From Azolla caroliniana (lineage: Eukaryota; Plantae; Polypodiophyta), in the NCBI GenBank assembly GCA_043228905.1, contig JBHGNT010000001.1:22878001-22942000 (forward strand): DNA of 64,000 nt. The letters run 5' to 3'. A program made the translations under genes and the position numbers. Each line of letters starts with the position of its first letter. The first letter of the stretch is position 1. The notes under the pieces were generated by a model that made no database searches, was not told where the DNA came from, and saw only the letters and a list, made by a program, of their open reading frames with translations. Shown in pieces: positions 1 through 12,240 of the stretch.

Positions 1-517
1 ACATCTCTTGCGAGCCTGTATTGAGTAAATAGTACCACTAAGTTGCGACACCTTAAGTTGTGTATACAAGTCTCTACAATCCTCATCATACCACCTATTC
101 TATGGCATAGACCCTATTCTAATGTGATTGGAGTGTTTCGTGTATGGGAAGCTACTAATTGTTGTTGAGTGAAGGATGTGTGTGAGTTATGTAGTGAGGT
201 TCTCTAAAGGCAGGGAAGAATCAAGAGAGGAGAGATGGGCTTGAACATGTCGGGAGTAGATGTTAGAGAGCTCATGTGTGAAATGTATTGTGGTGTGATG
301 GTTTAGTTGACTAGAGTTGGTGGTGTTGGAGGTGTTGCATTTTAGATCAAAGTATAGGAAGCTATGGTCTACACCAATAGGGCATGGGACCACCCGGAAG
401 GAGTTAATCATGTGGGTAGCTTCAGGGCATCATATTAGGTAATCAACTATGCTTTCCCCTCCTCCATGTGGGAAACATGTGAGCTCTTCTGAGCCCGGCC
501 ATTTGGCTAAACCGTTA
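1..517 (-). mobile_element. LINE (RTEX-like) ORF2 endonuclease C-terminal part, separated from 6590-8180 by the copia insertion
   Basis: The minus strand reads YNGLAKWPGSEELTCFPHGGGESIVDYLI then ...GVDHSFLYFDL, matching the end of an APE endonuclease (IDY and SDH-type motifs). It joins 6590 in register across the CGTTA TSD. Confidence 0.8.
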
Positions 518-909
518 TGTTGAGAATCAAGCTCAATTTGGTCTAGTGTGTGAACTCACCTTGAGAGTGAATAGCCACTCCAACGGTCAAGAGTCACCAC
601 TATGTCACCACTTTGTATTCTAGCATTTAGTATGAGTCATAGAATCATATTCTATGACACATAACTTATGAGCTTTCACATTCCCCATGCTCCATGAGTC
701 TTGTAGTTAATGAAGAGAGAGGGTGACTATATAAAGCACCCTCATCCCACTTTGTACAACGTTGTGTCTTTCTGCTTTGTTAATATATTTAACCTTGCGT
801 GTACTCTGTGTCTCTCTCTCTTTCTTTCTTTCTCTCTCTCTCTCTCATACACACACACACAGTTCACACCTATTCCGCTTCACAAGAATCCATCTCTTGA
901 TTCTTTACA
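518..909 (+). repeat. 5' LTR of copia 518-6589
   Basis: Near-identical to 6214-6589 (about 7 substitutions by eye plus a CT-repeat length change). Contains TATATAA. Confidence 0.95.
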
Positions 910-1198
910 TGGTATCAGAGCGATTTGGTAGCTCGATCTAGCCCATTCGACTCATCGTGATCGTGTGTTGTGCTCCACGCCGACGACCAAGAACTGGCTG
1001 ATCGCTATCGTAGCTTCGCTACATAGCTCGCATTCGAAGAGAGAAGAAGAAGAAGAAAAATCTACATAATGAATACTCAAATGGGGAGCGCTCTCCTTAC
1101 CGAGAAGTTGGATCGAAACAACTTCGCATCTTGGGAGTACAAGATGCACCAATACCTTGTCGGACAAGGCTATTGGAGCTACATCAAAAGAGCGCATG

Positions 1199-1683
1199 TG
1201 TCATGAAGACAACATTTTGGTTATCAAGAATCGAACCCACGACTTCTTGGTCTATGTGTTGAGCCCTTAACCCTTGTAATAACATATATGTTGTGTGATT
1301 ATAATAATTATGTTTCTAGTTATTACAAGATATTAGAATATTCTAGAACATTCTAGAACATTCTAGATTATTCTAGAATATCCTTTAATATTTCATGATT
1401 ATATTTCTTATCATAAAATCTAAAATATTCTAGAACATTCTAGATTACTCCATAAGGACCTATAAATAATTGTCTATACATTCGTTTCAACTCATTCGGT
1501 TCAACACCAGTCTTTAGCCCTTAGCCTACTCATTGTAATCTTGTTTCATCATAATATAATCTCATTTCTATTTCAAGTCTTATCTCTCTCACACTCTCTC
1601 TCTCTCACGCACACACACACACACCCTCTCTCTTTCGCTCTCACTCTCGCTCTCACTCTATCTTCTACCCACGAGTCTCGACA
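1199..1683 (+). mobile_element. Solo LTR of a chromovirus-related family inserted into copia gag
   Basis: TGTC...GACA termini and TSD GCATG (1194-1198 / 1684-1688). TATA at 1461. Shares TCGGTTCAACnCCAGTCTTnAGCCC and the tRNA-like end with the LTRs of element 50046-55706. Confidence 0.9.
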
Positions 1684-2439
1684 GCATGAAGACCGACCCG
1701 CCGAAGCGGCTCCCGGATACGCGACATGGGAGCAAGCCACAAGCCGCGTGATGTATTGTTTGGCGACATGTATTCACGACCACATGCTCGGTTACATTCG
1801 AGAAGCCAAGACGCCGAAGGAAGCGTGGGAAAATCTACGAAAGATTTTCGCCGCCAACACGACCGCGAGGAAGCTTCAACTCCGCCAAGAGTTGAACAAC
1901 ATTCAACAAAGGGACATGTCTATCACGACATACACCTTGAAGATCAAGGAACTTTGTGACTTGCTCGGCTCAATAAGCGTAAGTATAGATGATGATGAGA
2001 TGGTGCAAATATGCCTTGGCGGCCTCGCACCATGGTTCGGCGCGATGCGAACCGCCGTTCTAGCATGATAGAAATCTCCCTCCTTCTTCGAGCTCTGATC
2101 AATGCTATTGGTCGAAGAAAACCACGTGCGTACAATGAGCAATGAGTCGGAAGGCCACATGCTCTACACGCACTCGAACGGAGGAAGAGGACGTGGACGA
2201 GCGAGAGGCCGATTCGGCCAAGGACAAGGCGGACGAGGTCCAACCTACGACAACAACTCCCAATTTCGGCCGCAAAACGGAACCCAACGAGGAACCTTCG
2301 CAAGAAGGGGGAGCTTCCACTCCGGCCCGAGCCGTCAAAACACAACCGAATGCGGATATTGCGGAAAGTTCGGCCACCACGAAGAAGAGTGTCGAAAGAA
2401 GATGCGTGAATCGGCTTCCACAAGCCGACAACTCACGAA

Positions 2440-2620
2440 TTACGCGCACAATTCTGACTACGAAGAGTATAGCGGAATGTACGGGCACAAGTCCGACTAC
2501 GAAGATCGTGGCGGAATGTATGCACACAACTCTGACCATGGCGGAATGTACGGGCACAACTCCGACTACGAAGATCGTAGCGGAATGTATGCACACAACT
2601 TCGACTGTGGCGGAATGTTC
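2440..2620 (+). repeat. In-frame 30/39-bp tandem repeat (YAHNSDYEDRGGM-like, five units) between zinc knuckle and protease
   Basis: Visible in ORF 2102..2980. Confidence 0.9.
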
Positions 2621-5600
2621 ATGATGAAACATAGAGCAAACTCTATGTCGGCCGCTACCTCAACTAGTGCCTCCGGTCCAGAAGACGTATGGTTCGTCGA
2701 TTCTAGTGCCTCGAACCATATGACATCGCATCAAGAATGGTTTCGAGAACTTCGAGAGCTAGATCGCCCCGGCTATGTCGAAACTGGAGACGACACTACG
2801 CATCCGATTCGGCACATCAGCAATGTTCCGTTCGGAAAAGAAGGTAAGAAAAATTACATTAAAAATGAATTGCATGTACTGACCATTATGAAGAATTTGG
2901 TCTCCGTCGGCCAAATTGTAGAGCAAGGGATGCAAGTTCGATTTAATCAAGGCGGTTGCTTCATCGAAAAAGAGGGTTGACTCATCGCATGCGGACGAAC
3001 AGAGGGCCAGATGTTCATTCTCGACTCATGCGAGATGAAATCCGCCATGTTTGCGAAAAACACGAAAGCTGACTCCGACATAGAGCTATGGCACAAGCGA
3101 ATCGGCCACATCAACCTCAACAAACTCAAAGCAATGAAATCGAAAGGAGTCATCATCGGACTCCCGACATTCAAAGAGAAGAAGATTGAAGGTGTATGCG
3201 AAGCGTGCCAATTCGGCAAGCAACACCGACACCCATTCCCAAAAGAGCGGAACGTGAGCAAAGGTCTACTAGATGTAGTCCATTCCGACGTATGGGGACC
3301 GGCGTAGACGGCTACATTCGACGGATGCCGATATTACGAGCTCTTCATCGACGACTTCTCTAGGCACACTTGGATCTACCTGATGCGGCAAAAGAGCGAA
3401 GTGTTCGGACACTTCCAAAATTTCAAGAATGAAGTCGAGAAAGCCACGAGCCGACATGTACAATGCCTTCGATCAGATGGCGGCAAGGAGTACTTCTCGG
3501 ACGATTTCACGGCATATCTCCGAAAGGAAGGAATTCAGCGAGAATTCACTTGCCGACACACTCCGCAACAAAATGGAGTAGCCGAGCGCAAAAATCGGTA
3601 CATCCTCGAAGTAGCGCGGGCCATGATGAACGAGAAGCATATGCCCAAGTCATATTGGGTTGAAGCTGCAAATACGGCCGTCTACCTAATGAACCGGTAC
3701 ACAACATCTGGCGTGCACAAGGTCACTCCGCATGAAAAATACTTTGGAAAGAAGCCAGACTTATCGCACACCCAGATATTCGGTGCGATAGCATACGTGC
3801 ACATCCCCGACGAGAAGCGTCAAAAGCTTGACCCGAAGTCGGAGAAATGTATCCTCGTAGGATACTCACTGGAGCAAAAGGGGTACAAGTGCTACAACCC
3901 TTCAACTCGAAAATATCGAGTAAGTCGAGATGTCATTTTTGACGAGTCCGCATCCTGGTACGCACCAGAGACAACTCCGACTCCGACGTCACTCGACCCG
4001 GAATTTGCCGAACAAGAGATACAGGATGAAGATCGTCTTACGCGCATGTTCGAAGAAAGTCCGATCACGACCCGATTGAGTGGACCACAAGAGCCTTTGT
4101 GCGATCAAAGCACGTCACGGCCTAGCCCGAAGATGGACAAAGGCAAGGCAAAAATGGTGGAATACGAAGACGATCGCTTTGACGACGATGAGTCAACTCA
4201 CTCACTCAACAGTGAGTTCAGCGGCTTCAATGTACCAATCAAAGCTAAGAAAGCCCTCATCTCTGCAAATGAAAAGCTCCGCTGATCCACCCGTGAAAAG
4301 AACCCCGTAAGCCGATTCGGCTACAACGATTATATGGCGTACCATTACGCCTTTATGATGAAGATAGCGATAGTACGGGAGCCGGAAACCTTTCTGGAAG
4401 CCGCGAAGGACCCGCGATGGATCGAAGCAATGAACGAGGAGATGCAAGCACTACGGAAGAACGAGACGTGGGATCTCGTTCCCACCTCACCACACAAAAA
4501 GGCGATCGGATGCAGATGGATCTACAAGGTGAAGTATAACGCTGATGGCTCCGTAAACTGCTACAAATCTCGACTCATAGCGAAAGGATATGCTCAGACG
4601 CATGGCGTCGACTACGAAGAGACCTTTGCCTCGGTGGCAAAGATGACGACGGTGCGGACCGTAATTGCGATTGCCGCGGCGAAAGGGTGGCACCTCCATC
4701 AAATGGACGTCAAGAACGCCTTTCTACAAGGTGAATTAGAAGAGGAAGTGTACATGATCCAACCACCCGGCTTCAACTCGAGCACCCATCCGAAAGCTGT
4801 ATGCCGACTCAAGAAGCCACTGTACGGCCTCAAGCAAGCACCGCGTGCTTGAAATTCGAAGATAATACAATATCTTCATCAAATTGGCGTATGTATGTCA
4901 AAATCGGACAACTCCCTCTAGATACGAAGCGATTCCACAAGTCCGACCGTCATCATCTTATATGTGGATGACCTAGTCATTGGAGGTGAGCATCTCATCG
5001 AAATCAATAAGGTCAAATTCCTCCTTTCCGACAGGTTCGAGATGACGGACATGAAGGAGCTCCACTACTTCCTCGGCATCAAGGTAATTCGGACTCCGGC
5101 CGGAATCATGATCTCTCAACGGCACTACATCCTCAACTTGTTATACAAGTTTGGTATGGCTGAGTGCAAATCCGCGACAACCCCGCTCGATCGCAATCTC
5201 AAACTAGATGCGAACTCTGGCACCCAAGTGTGTGAGCCGACTCAGTATCGGCAACTCATCGGGAGTCTCATCTACCTCACGATCACACGACCCGATCTCA
5301 GTTATCTGGTCGGTCTCCTTAGCCAATTCATGCAAACACCACGTGATACTCACTTGGATTGCGCTAAGCGAGTTCTATGATACGTGAGCGGCACAATGGA
5401 TTGCGGCATCCTCTACAAGACCGCGATGCCAATACGACTCGAGGGGTACACAGACGCCGATTGGGCCGGCTACAAAGCCGATTGAAGGTCAACCTCCGGA
5501 TTTGTTTTCTCCCTCGGCAACGGAGCAATATCCTGGAGTAGCAAGAAGTAGCCCACCGTTGCTCTTTCGAGCACAGAGGTGGAATACAGGGGCGCAACAG

Positions 5601-6213
5601 TGGCCGCATGTGAAGCCGTATGGCTCAAAAGGATACTCAAGGATCTGGGCATACCCATCAAGGATCCGACTTCCCTTTACTGCGACAACATGAGCAGTAT
5701 CTATCTGGCTCGGAACCCGGTGTTCCACGCGCGGAAAAAACACATCGAAGTGCACTACCACTTCATCCAAGAGCGCGTTCTAGCTGGCGATGTCGACCTA
5801 CAACACATTAGCACCAATCTTCAAACGACCGACATATTCACTAAAGCCTTAGGAGCCGACAAGCTATGGCAATTCATGACCGATCTCGGATTGACGATCC
5901 CTGATCTGCCAAGCTTGAGGGGGAGTACTGAAGACGCTACGCAATAACGCGTGGATTTCGCAAACCGCGCACACTTTGCAATAACGCGTGGATTACGCAA
6001 CCGCGCAACGAAGCCGTGAAGAGCCGATCTACCGCGCAAAGCCGCGAAGAAAGACGCAAGCCGAAGCACAAACTTCGCAACTACGCACAACGCAAGCTGG
6101 AGCACGAATTCCGCAACTCCACATAAATGCGAATCGACGCGGACTCCGGAACGCGAGTCGAAGCGTATTTTGGATACCGTCTGAAACCGACCCGACTTGA
6201 GCTTGAGGGGGCG

Positions 6214-6589
6214 TGTTGAGAATCAAGCTCAACTTGGTCTAGTGTGTGAACTCACCTTGAGAGTGAATAGACACTCCAACGGTCAAGAGTCACCACTATG
6301 TCACCACTTTGTATTCTAGCATTTAGTATGAGTCATAGAATCATATTCTATGACACATAACTTATGAGCTTTCACATTCCCCATGCTCCATGAGTCCTGT
6401 AGTTAATGAAGAGAGAGGGTGACTATATAAAGCACCCTCCTCCCACTTTGTACAACGTTGTGTCTTTCTCCTTTGTTAATATACTTAACCTTGCGTATAC
6501 TCTGTCTCTCTCTGTCTCTCTCATACACACACACACACACAGTTCACACCTATTCCGCTTCACAAGAATCCATCTCTTGATTCTTTACA
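6214..6589 (+). repeat. 3' LTR of copia 518-6589
   Basis: Starts TGTTGAGAATC right after the PPT GAGCTTGAGGGGGCG; ends CTTTACA before TSD CGTTA. Confidence 0.95.
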
Positions 6590-8180
6590 CGTTATATATG
6601 ATCATCTAGTGTTGACTTCCAAGTTCAAGCAGATGATGGCCAAATTTTGTGGCATCTACACCTTGATCTTTTGATCTACGTGTGATGCATATGGCTAAAG
6701 GGTCGACATTCACCATTTCTAGGTTTTTATCCATCTGAAATGTTGTGCATTGTCGGGATTGGGTTCTCGCATTGAAATCTCCTATGAGGAAGACTTCCCC
6801 TTGAGAAGAATATTGAATTATGTCATCCGATAAAGGTTCGTACGGAGAAGGCCCATGTGGCGCGCCTTCATCAACTATACTCGCCTCTCCAACCATAATA
6901 TACTGGGATCGCAAGTAACAAACAACGATAAATATTGCTTGATCCTTGGTAGTGAGGACTTTCACCCACATAAAACGGGCTTTTGGGCCCGTCTTTAGTA
7001 TTTCTATCCTCTTATGTATCTCTCTCCGAAGTAGTATTGCAACCCCTCCGAACCCTCTAGTAGTGTGTCGACGTGAGGTTTTTCTAAAGACAGATTCCGA
7101 ACGAAAACCTTCAACTCGTGGCAGTCCTCTATTTGGGCTTTCATATGTTTCTACTAAGAAAAGTATATCAAATACCTTCAAAATCTCCTCTACACGGCCA
7201 GGGTGTGTCCAAAGTGCACCGTTACAATTCCATAAAGTCATCCTAATTTTGTTGTCTATCACATGGGCCACACGCCGTCAATTGGCGGCGCGGTCATTTA
7301 TTATCACTCGTTTGTCTCGGTAAAAGGCGTGATGCCCTTCTTTACGAGCTGGTATGACTCGCGGCATACAAGTTTTACGATGCTCAATTTGCATCTTGGT
7401 GAGGTCTTCATCTTGGTAGATAGGGTCCTCGCCTAATCCTCGAAGAATTGGTCTCTTCTTAAAAAAGGCGATTCTAGATTCCAAGTCTTTAAACTGAAGG
7501 ACTAAAGCTCTCTTCTTAGTAGTGTCACGTCCAACCCTCCAAGTTTTGGTGATTGGTAGGGCCTCTATGTACCCTAACATTTTCCCGAGTGTTTGTGCAT
7601 CTTCGTCGGGAGATGCCCCTTCCTTGAGCCTAGCCTAGTGACACGTACATTTAGGCGTCGAGCTTGATGCATTTTCTCTTCCTCAAGGGTAGTGTTTACA
7701 ATATTTTCATCCTTTAGTTCCTTTTTAATGTTACATTTTACTACATCGACCCAACTGGTTTTCGCTAATTCCATGTCACTTCTTACCTCTTCCTTAACCT
7801 TTTTAATCTCGTCCTTAATATCCTCTAGGAGAATATTTCACCATTTTCCCTAGAGGTCTTGATGTCATTAACTTGTTGTTGAAGGTTCATGTTTTCTATT
7901 TTGAGTTTTGCTATTTCAGCTATAAGCATCTCTTTTTCTTCCTTATCTTTTTGCTTTTGAGATTCGATCTCTTTTACCCATTTTTCTATTTTAACTAAAC
8001 GGTTAAAGACATCTAAGAATTCTTCCTTACTTATAGCTTCTTCGTGTGTTTCCTTATGGTCTTTAGTTCATTTAGAAGTCATGTTGTAATTCAAAAGATA
8101 GAAGAAAAAGAAAAGGACGAAAAGGACAGAAAACTTAGCCGAGCATTGGTGGATGTCTCATCCACGTCATTCACTTCTTG
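6590..8180 (-). mobile_element. LINE 5' part: degenerate ORF1 (about 8082-7278) and ORF2 APE endonuclease (7271-6606)
   Basis: Endonuclease motifs WNCNG, DILFLVET, GGVAIL and GDFNART. ORF1 has a coiled-coil region plus RRM/CTD-like LVLQFKD...IYQDEDLT. Confidence 0.85.
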
Positions 8181-8366
8181 AGCTCGCAATCAACCCGCCA
8201 AGAAAAAAAGCCTTGTGTGCCACGTACAAGTGTACAACCACAACTTTATAAAGAGAAGATGCGTTCTCTTCTTTACTCGGCCGAGGCGACGGCGATGAAG
8301 ACGAAGCAGACAACGCCGGCTACGGCGACGACGGCAGCGGCAGCAAAGGAGCCGTTAGGAGCCGTT

Positions 8367-8399
<33 letters not shown>

Positions 8400-8526
8400 T
8401 CTCCAGATTTTCCTGCTTACTCTGGAAGAACCAAAACAGAGAGAGCAAAGGAGAGCTCTCTCAATCAAGAAGAGGTAAAAGAAAAGATAAGAAAGAGAAG
8501 AGCTCTGATTCTGATGAAGGGCCTTA

Positions 8527-11500
8527 ATGTCCCTACCCACACAAGGAGAGGTAAAGGTAAGAAATCAAGAAGCTTTTGCCTTTGTTGCTCAAATCAAGCG
8601 CTGTGGAGACAAGAAGGATCTTCACAGAGGTACCAGGATACATGCTCATATTCTCAGAAGAGGACTTTTGCTTGAGGAGAACCCTCACCTATGCAATAGT
8701 TTGATCAGCATGTATGCCAAATGTGGCATCCTTTCAAAAGCACAAGAATTGCATGAGGAATCGGGATCTAGAAATGTGGTATCATGGAATGCACTCGTTT
8801 CTGGATATGCCCAAGAAGAGAAAGCCTATGAAACTTTCCATTGCTTCCAACAGATGAAAATAGAGGGTTTATTGCCCAATGCTATCACATTTGTTTGCAT
8901 CTTGAAGGTATGTGGAAACACAGGCAACATTGAGAAGGGACAACAAATTCATGAAGAGATTGTTCAATATGGTTTGCAAAGAAATAATGTTGTGGTAGGA
9001 AATGCTTTAATAGATATGTATGGGAAATGTGGTATGCTTGATAAAGCACAAAATGTCCTTGAAGAACTTCTCAATCGAGATATGGTCTCTTGGTCTACAT
9101 TGATCTTGTCTTATGCCAAACAAGGTCATAGTCATGACGCATTGAATTGCTTTGAAAGGATGCAAAGTGAGGGATTTGTTCCTGATGCAATTACATTTAA
9201 TGGTATTTTGAAGGCATGTGGTGATATTGGAGATATTAGGAAAGGTGAAGAAATGCACTGTGAGATTGCGATCAAAGGTTTCCTGGAAAAGAATGTACTT
9301 CTTGGTACTTCTTTGGTGGATATGTATGCCAAATGTGGCATGCTTGTAAAAGCTCAAGAAGTTCTCATACACCTTCCATTTCGAGATGTCATTGCTTGGT
9401 CTGCACTTATCGCCGGTTATGCTCAACATGGAAATTTTGATGAAGCATTGAATGCTTTTGAACACATGGTATCTGATGGTATCTCTCCCAATAAAGTCAC
9501 TTTCATTTGTATTTTGAAGATTTGTGGCAACATAGGAAACGTTGTCAACGGTGAAAAAATCCACCATCAGATTGTTAGCAAGGGATTGGTAGAGAAAGAT
9601 GTTGTCCTTGGCACTGCTTTAGTGGATATGTATGCCAAATGTGGTGCAATGGAAATGGCACAACAATTGCATGATGAACATTATGATCAAATCTTAGATT
9701 CCTGGAATGCATTGATTGCAGGGTATACACACGATGGAAAAGGTAAAAAAGCATTGGATTGTTTTGAACTTGTGCATAGACAGAGAATCTCTCCAGATGT
9801 AACGACCTTAACTTGCACCTTGAAGGCATGTGGTGGCATAGGAGTTATCAGTAAGGGTGAGAAAATTCATGATCATATTGTCAGTTTGGATTTACTAGAA
9901 AAATATACTTATCTTGGCAATGCGTTAGTATGCATGTACATCCAAGCTGGTGCATTAGCAAAAGCTCAATTAGTACTTGATGAGATTGATGCACCAAATG
10001 TGGTCACATGGTCTACACTAATTTCAGGTTATGTACAACACGGTCAAGAACATGAAGCATTGAAATGTTTTCAGAAAATGCAAGGTAAGGGATCTTCCCC
10101 AGATGAGATCATCTTTATGCACATATTGAAAGCATGTAGCTATGCCAGATGTATCGATAAGGGCCAAGTTATTCATAATGAGATTACTTCTAAGGGATTT
10201 CTTGTGGAAAATGCTATGCTTGGCAATGCTTTGGTCAACATGTATGCAAAGTGTGATAGGCTTGGAGAAGCAAGGCATGTGCATAACGGATTTCGTGTTC
10301 GAAGTGTTAGCTCTTGGAATGCACTGATTGGAGGGTATGCCAAACAAGGTCAAGGTAAACATGCTCTCGACATTTTTGAGCTAATGCTAAGGGAGAGTGT
10401 TTCACCAGATGCAATCACGTTTGTTTTTATATTGGAGGCTTGTGGTAGAATCGGAGCTATCAATAAAGGTGAACAATTTCACGACAAAATTCTAAGACAG
10501 GAATTACTGGAGGAAAATTTCATTCTAGGTACTGCATTGGTGGACATGTATGCCAAATGTGGCAAGCTTGTTAAAGCTCAAGACGTGCTAGAAGAACTTC
10601 CTTTCCGAGATGTAATTTCTTGGTCTGTATTGATTTCTGGATATGCCCATCATGAGCAAGGTCAAGAAGCTATGAATTGTTTTGAAAGAATGCAACTGGA
10701 GGGATTTTCTCCTGATGAAGTCACCTTTATCTCCATCTTGAAGGTATGTGGTAGTGTGGGAGCCATTGGCAAAGTAAAACATATTCATGATGAGATCATT
10801 CAGAGGGGTTTTCTTGAAACGAATGTCATTCTCGGCAATGCTTTGGTGGACATGTACGTAAAATCAGGAATGTTAATGAAAGCGCGACAAGTGTTTCAAG
10901 AGCTTCCTCTTCAGAATGTAGTTTCTTGGTCTACTTTAATTTCAGGATATGCCCAAGGGCATGGTCATGAAGCACTAAAATGCTTTGACCAAATGCACGA
11001 CAGTGGCATCTCTCCAAATGCAGTAACTTTGCTTTGCATTTTGAAGGCTTGTGGAAGCATAGGAGCCATTCACAAGGGCAAACAAATTCATGAGGAGATT
11101 ACTAGTAGGAGCATGTTGAGCAAGGATATCATGCTTTGTACTGCTATAGTGGATATGTATGCAAAATGTGGTGTGTTTGGAAAAGCACAGCAAGTTTTGG
11201 AAGAACACCCATCCCCAGGTGTAGTCCCTTGGAATGCACTAATGTCAGAATATGCAAAGCAAGGGCAAATGCATGACGCTTTGAAATGCTTTGAAAAGAT
11301 GAAAAGTAATGGCATTTCTATGAATGTGATCACTTTCCTTTGCATCTTGAAGGTGTGTGGAAGCATAGGAGCCATTGAGAAGGGAAAACAAGTTCATGAA
11401 GAGATTGTGAACATGGGTTTTCTGAAAGAAGATACTGATATTGCACTAGGCAATGCAATAGTAGATATGTATGCGAAATTTGGAATGCTTTCGAAAGCAC

Positions 11501-11949
11501 AAGCGCTCCTCGAAGAGCTTCCAGTTAGAGATGCAGTATCATGGAATGCAATCATTGGAGGATATGCCCAACATGGGCATGGTCATAAAGCTTTGATTTG
11601 TTTTAGATTAATGCAAAGTGAAGGAATATGTCCAGATAGAATCACTTTTCTATGTCTTCTCAATGTATGCACCCACTCAGGTCTAGTTAATGAGGCAAAG
11701 ATGTGTTTCGAAAATATGAGCAAAAACTATGGCATAATACCAAACTTGGAGCATCATTCATGTTTGATTACTCTGTTGGGTTGTGCTGGATATTTTGATG
11801 AGGTAATATCAGTGATTAAGACTATGCCAACTTCTTATTCGTCAGTCCAACTTGCACTTATGGGTGCATGTGATAGATGGGGACATTGGAAGCTTGCAGG
11901 ATCAATATTTAATCAGCAAAATGATTATTTTGCTTTTTTAGAAAGCTGA
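8527..11949 (+). CDS. PLS-class pentatricopeptide repeat protein (PLS-E type, no DYW), probable organellar RNA-editing specificity factor
   Basis: Uninterrupted 1140-aa ORF with 10 units of LVDMYAKCG / VSWNALIxGY / PDxITFxxILKACG at about 102-aa spacing. These are followed by S2 (LEHHSCLITLLG) and a partial E1 (LALMGACDRWG). The true start may lie in an upstream exon. Confidence 0.93.
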   Translation: MSLPTQGEVKVRNQEAFAFVAQIKRCGDKKDLHRGTRIHAHILRRGLLLEENPHLCNSLISMYAKCGILSKAQELHEESGSRNVVSWNALVSGYAQEEKAYETFHCFQQMKIEGLLPNAITFVCILKVCGNTGNIEKGQQIHEEIVQYGLQRNNVVVGNALIDMYGKCGMLDKAQNVLEELLNRDMVSWSTLILSYAKQGHSHDALNCFERMQSEGFVPDAITFNGILKACGDIGDIRKGEEMHCEIAIKGFLEKNVLLGTSLVDMYAKCGMLVKAQEVLIHLPFRDVIAWSALIAGYAQHGNFDEALNAFEHMVSDGISPNKVTFICILKICGNIGNVVNGEKIHHQIVSKGLVEKDVVLGTALVDMYAKCGAMEMAQQLHDEHYDQILDSWNALIAGYTHDGKGKKALDCFELVHRQRISPDVTTLTCTLKACGGIGVISKGEKIHDHIVSLDLLEKYTYLGNALVCMYIQAGALAKAQLVLDEIDAPNVVTWSTLISGYVQHGQEHEALKCFQKMQGKGSSPDEIIFMHILKACSYARCIDKGQVIHNEITSKGFLVENAMLGNALVNMYAKCDRLGEARHVHNGFRVRSVSSWNALIGGYAKQGQGKHALDIFELMLRESVSPDAITFVFILEACGRIGAINKGEQFHDKILRQELLEENFILGTALVDMYAKCGKLVKAQDVLEELPFRDVISWSVLISGYAHHEQGQEAMNCFERMQLEGFSPDEVTFISILKVCGSVGAIGKVKHIHDEIIQRGFLETNVILGNALVDMYVKSGMLMKARQVFQELPLQNVVSWSTLISGYAQGHGHEALKCFDQMHDSGISPNAVTLLCILKACGSIGAIHKGKQIHEEITSRSMLSKDIMLCTAIVDMYAKCGVFGKAQQVLEEHPSPGVVPWNALMSEYAKQGQMHDALKCFEKMKSNGISMNVITFLCILKVCGSIGAIEKGKQVHEEIVNMGFLKEDTDIALGNAIVDMYAKFGMLSKAQALLEELPVRDAVSWNAIIGGYAQHGHGHKALICFRLMQSEGICPDRITFLCLLNVCTHSGLVNEAKMCFENMSKNYGIIPNLEHHSCLITLLGCAGYFDEVISVIKTMPTSYSSVQLALMGACDRWGHWKLAGSIFNQQNDYFAFLES

Positions 11950-12059
11950 AAACACAGGCTAAAGAGTTGCAAGATAATCTACAAGGAGTTTCCAAATTGT
12001 TTGTGAACAATGGGAATGTTGGAGTTTCAAATTTTGTATCAATTGAATGAGGTCTGATG

Positions 12060-12240
12060 TTTCGGGATGTTGCAAAAGAGAAATAAGTGAATGATTGGGT
12101 TGCACAAGAGAAGCTAACGATTCGGACGCACAAGAGAAACCAAGGATTGGGATGTTGCATAAGTAAAACAGATCATTGGGATGTTGCACAAGAGAAACTG
12201 CTGCTGGTGATATGGTACGAGAGAAACCAATTATTGGCAT
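12060..12240. repeat. Degenerate ~29-bp tandem repeat (GGGATGTTGCACAAGAGAAA core) 3' of the PPR gene
   Basis: The core recurs about 5-6 times with variation. Confidence 0.55.

Larger units (their letters stand above)
518..6589 (+). mobile_element. Full-length Ty1/copia LTR retrotransposon, degenerate gag-pol
   Basis: TG..CA LTRs at 518-909 and 6214-6589; TSD CGTTA (513-517 / 6590-6594); PBS TGGTATCAGAGC at 910; PPT at 6199-6213. Domain order is gag, zinc knuckle (CGYCGKFGHHEEEC), PR (WFVDSSASNHM), INT, RT (YVDD), RH, broken by in-frame stops. Confidence 0.97.

Noticed and set aside
1903-2950. Long antisense and alternative-frame ORFs over copia gag-pol (and similar ones elsewhere)
   Set aside because: They are shadow ORFs from GC-rich retroelement codon usage and carry no independent motifs.
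8178-8675. Independent 165-aa gene
   Set aside because: It runs through a GA microsatellite and overlaps the PPR ORF out of frame. At most, part of it is a 5' exon.
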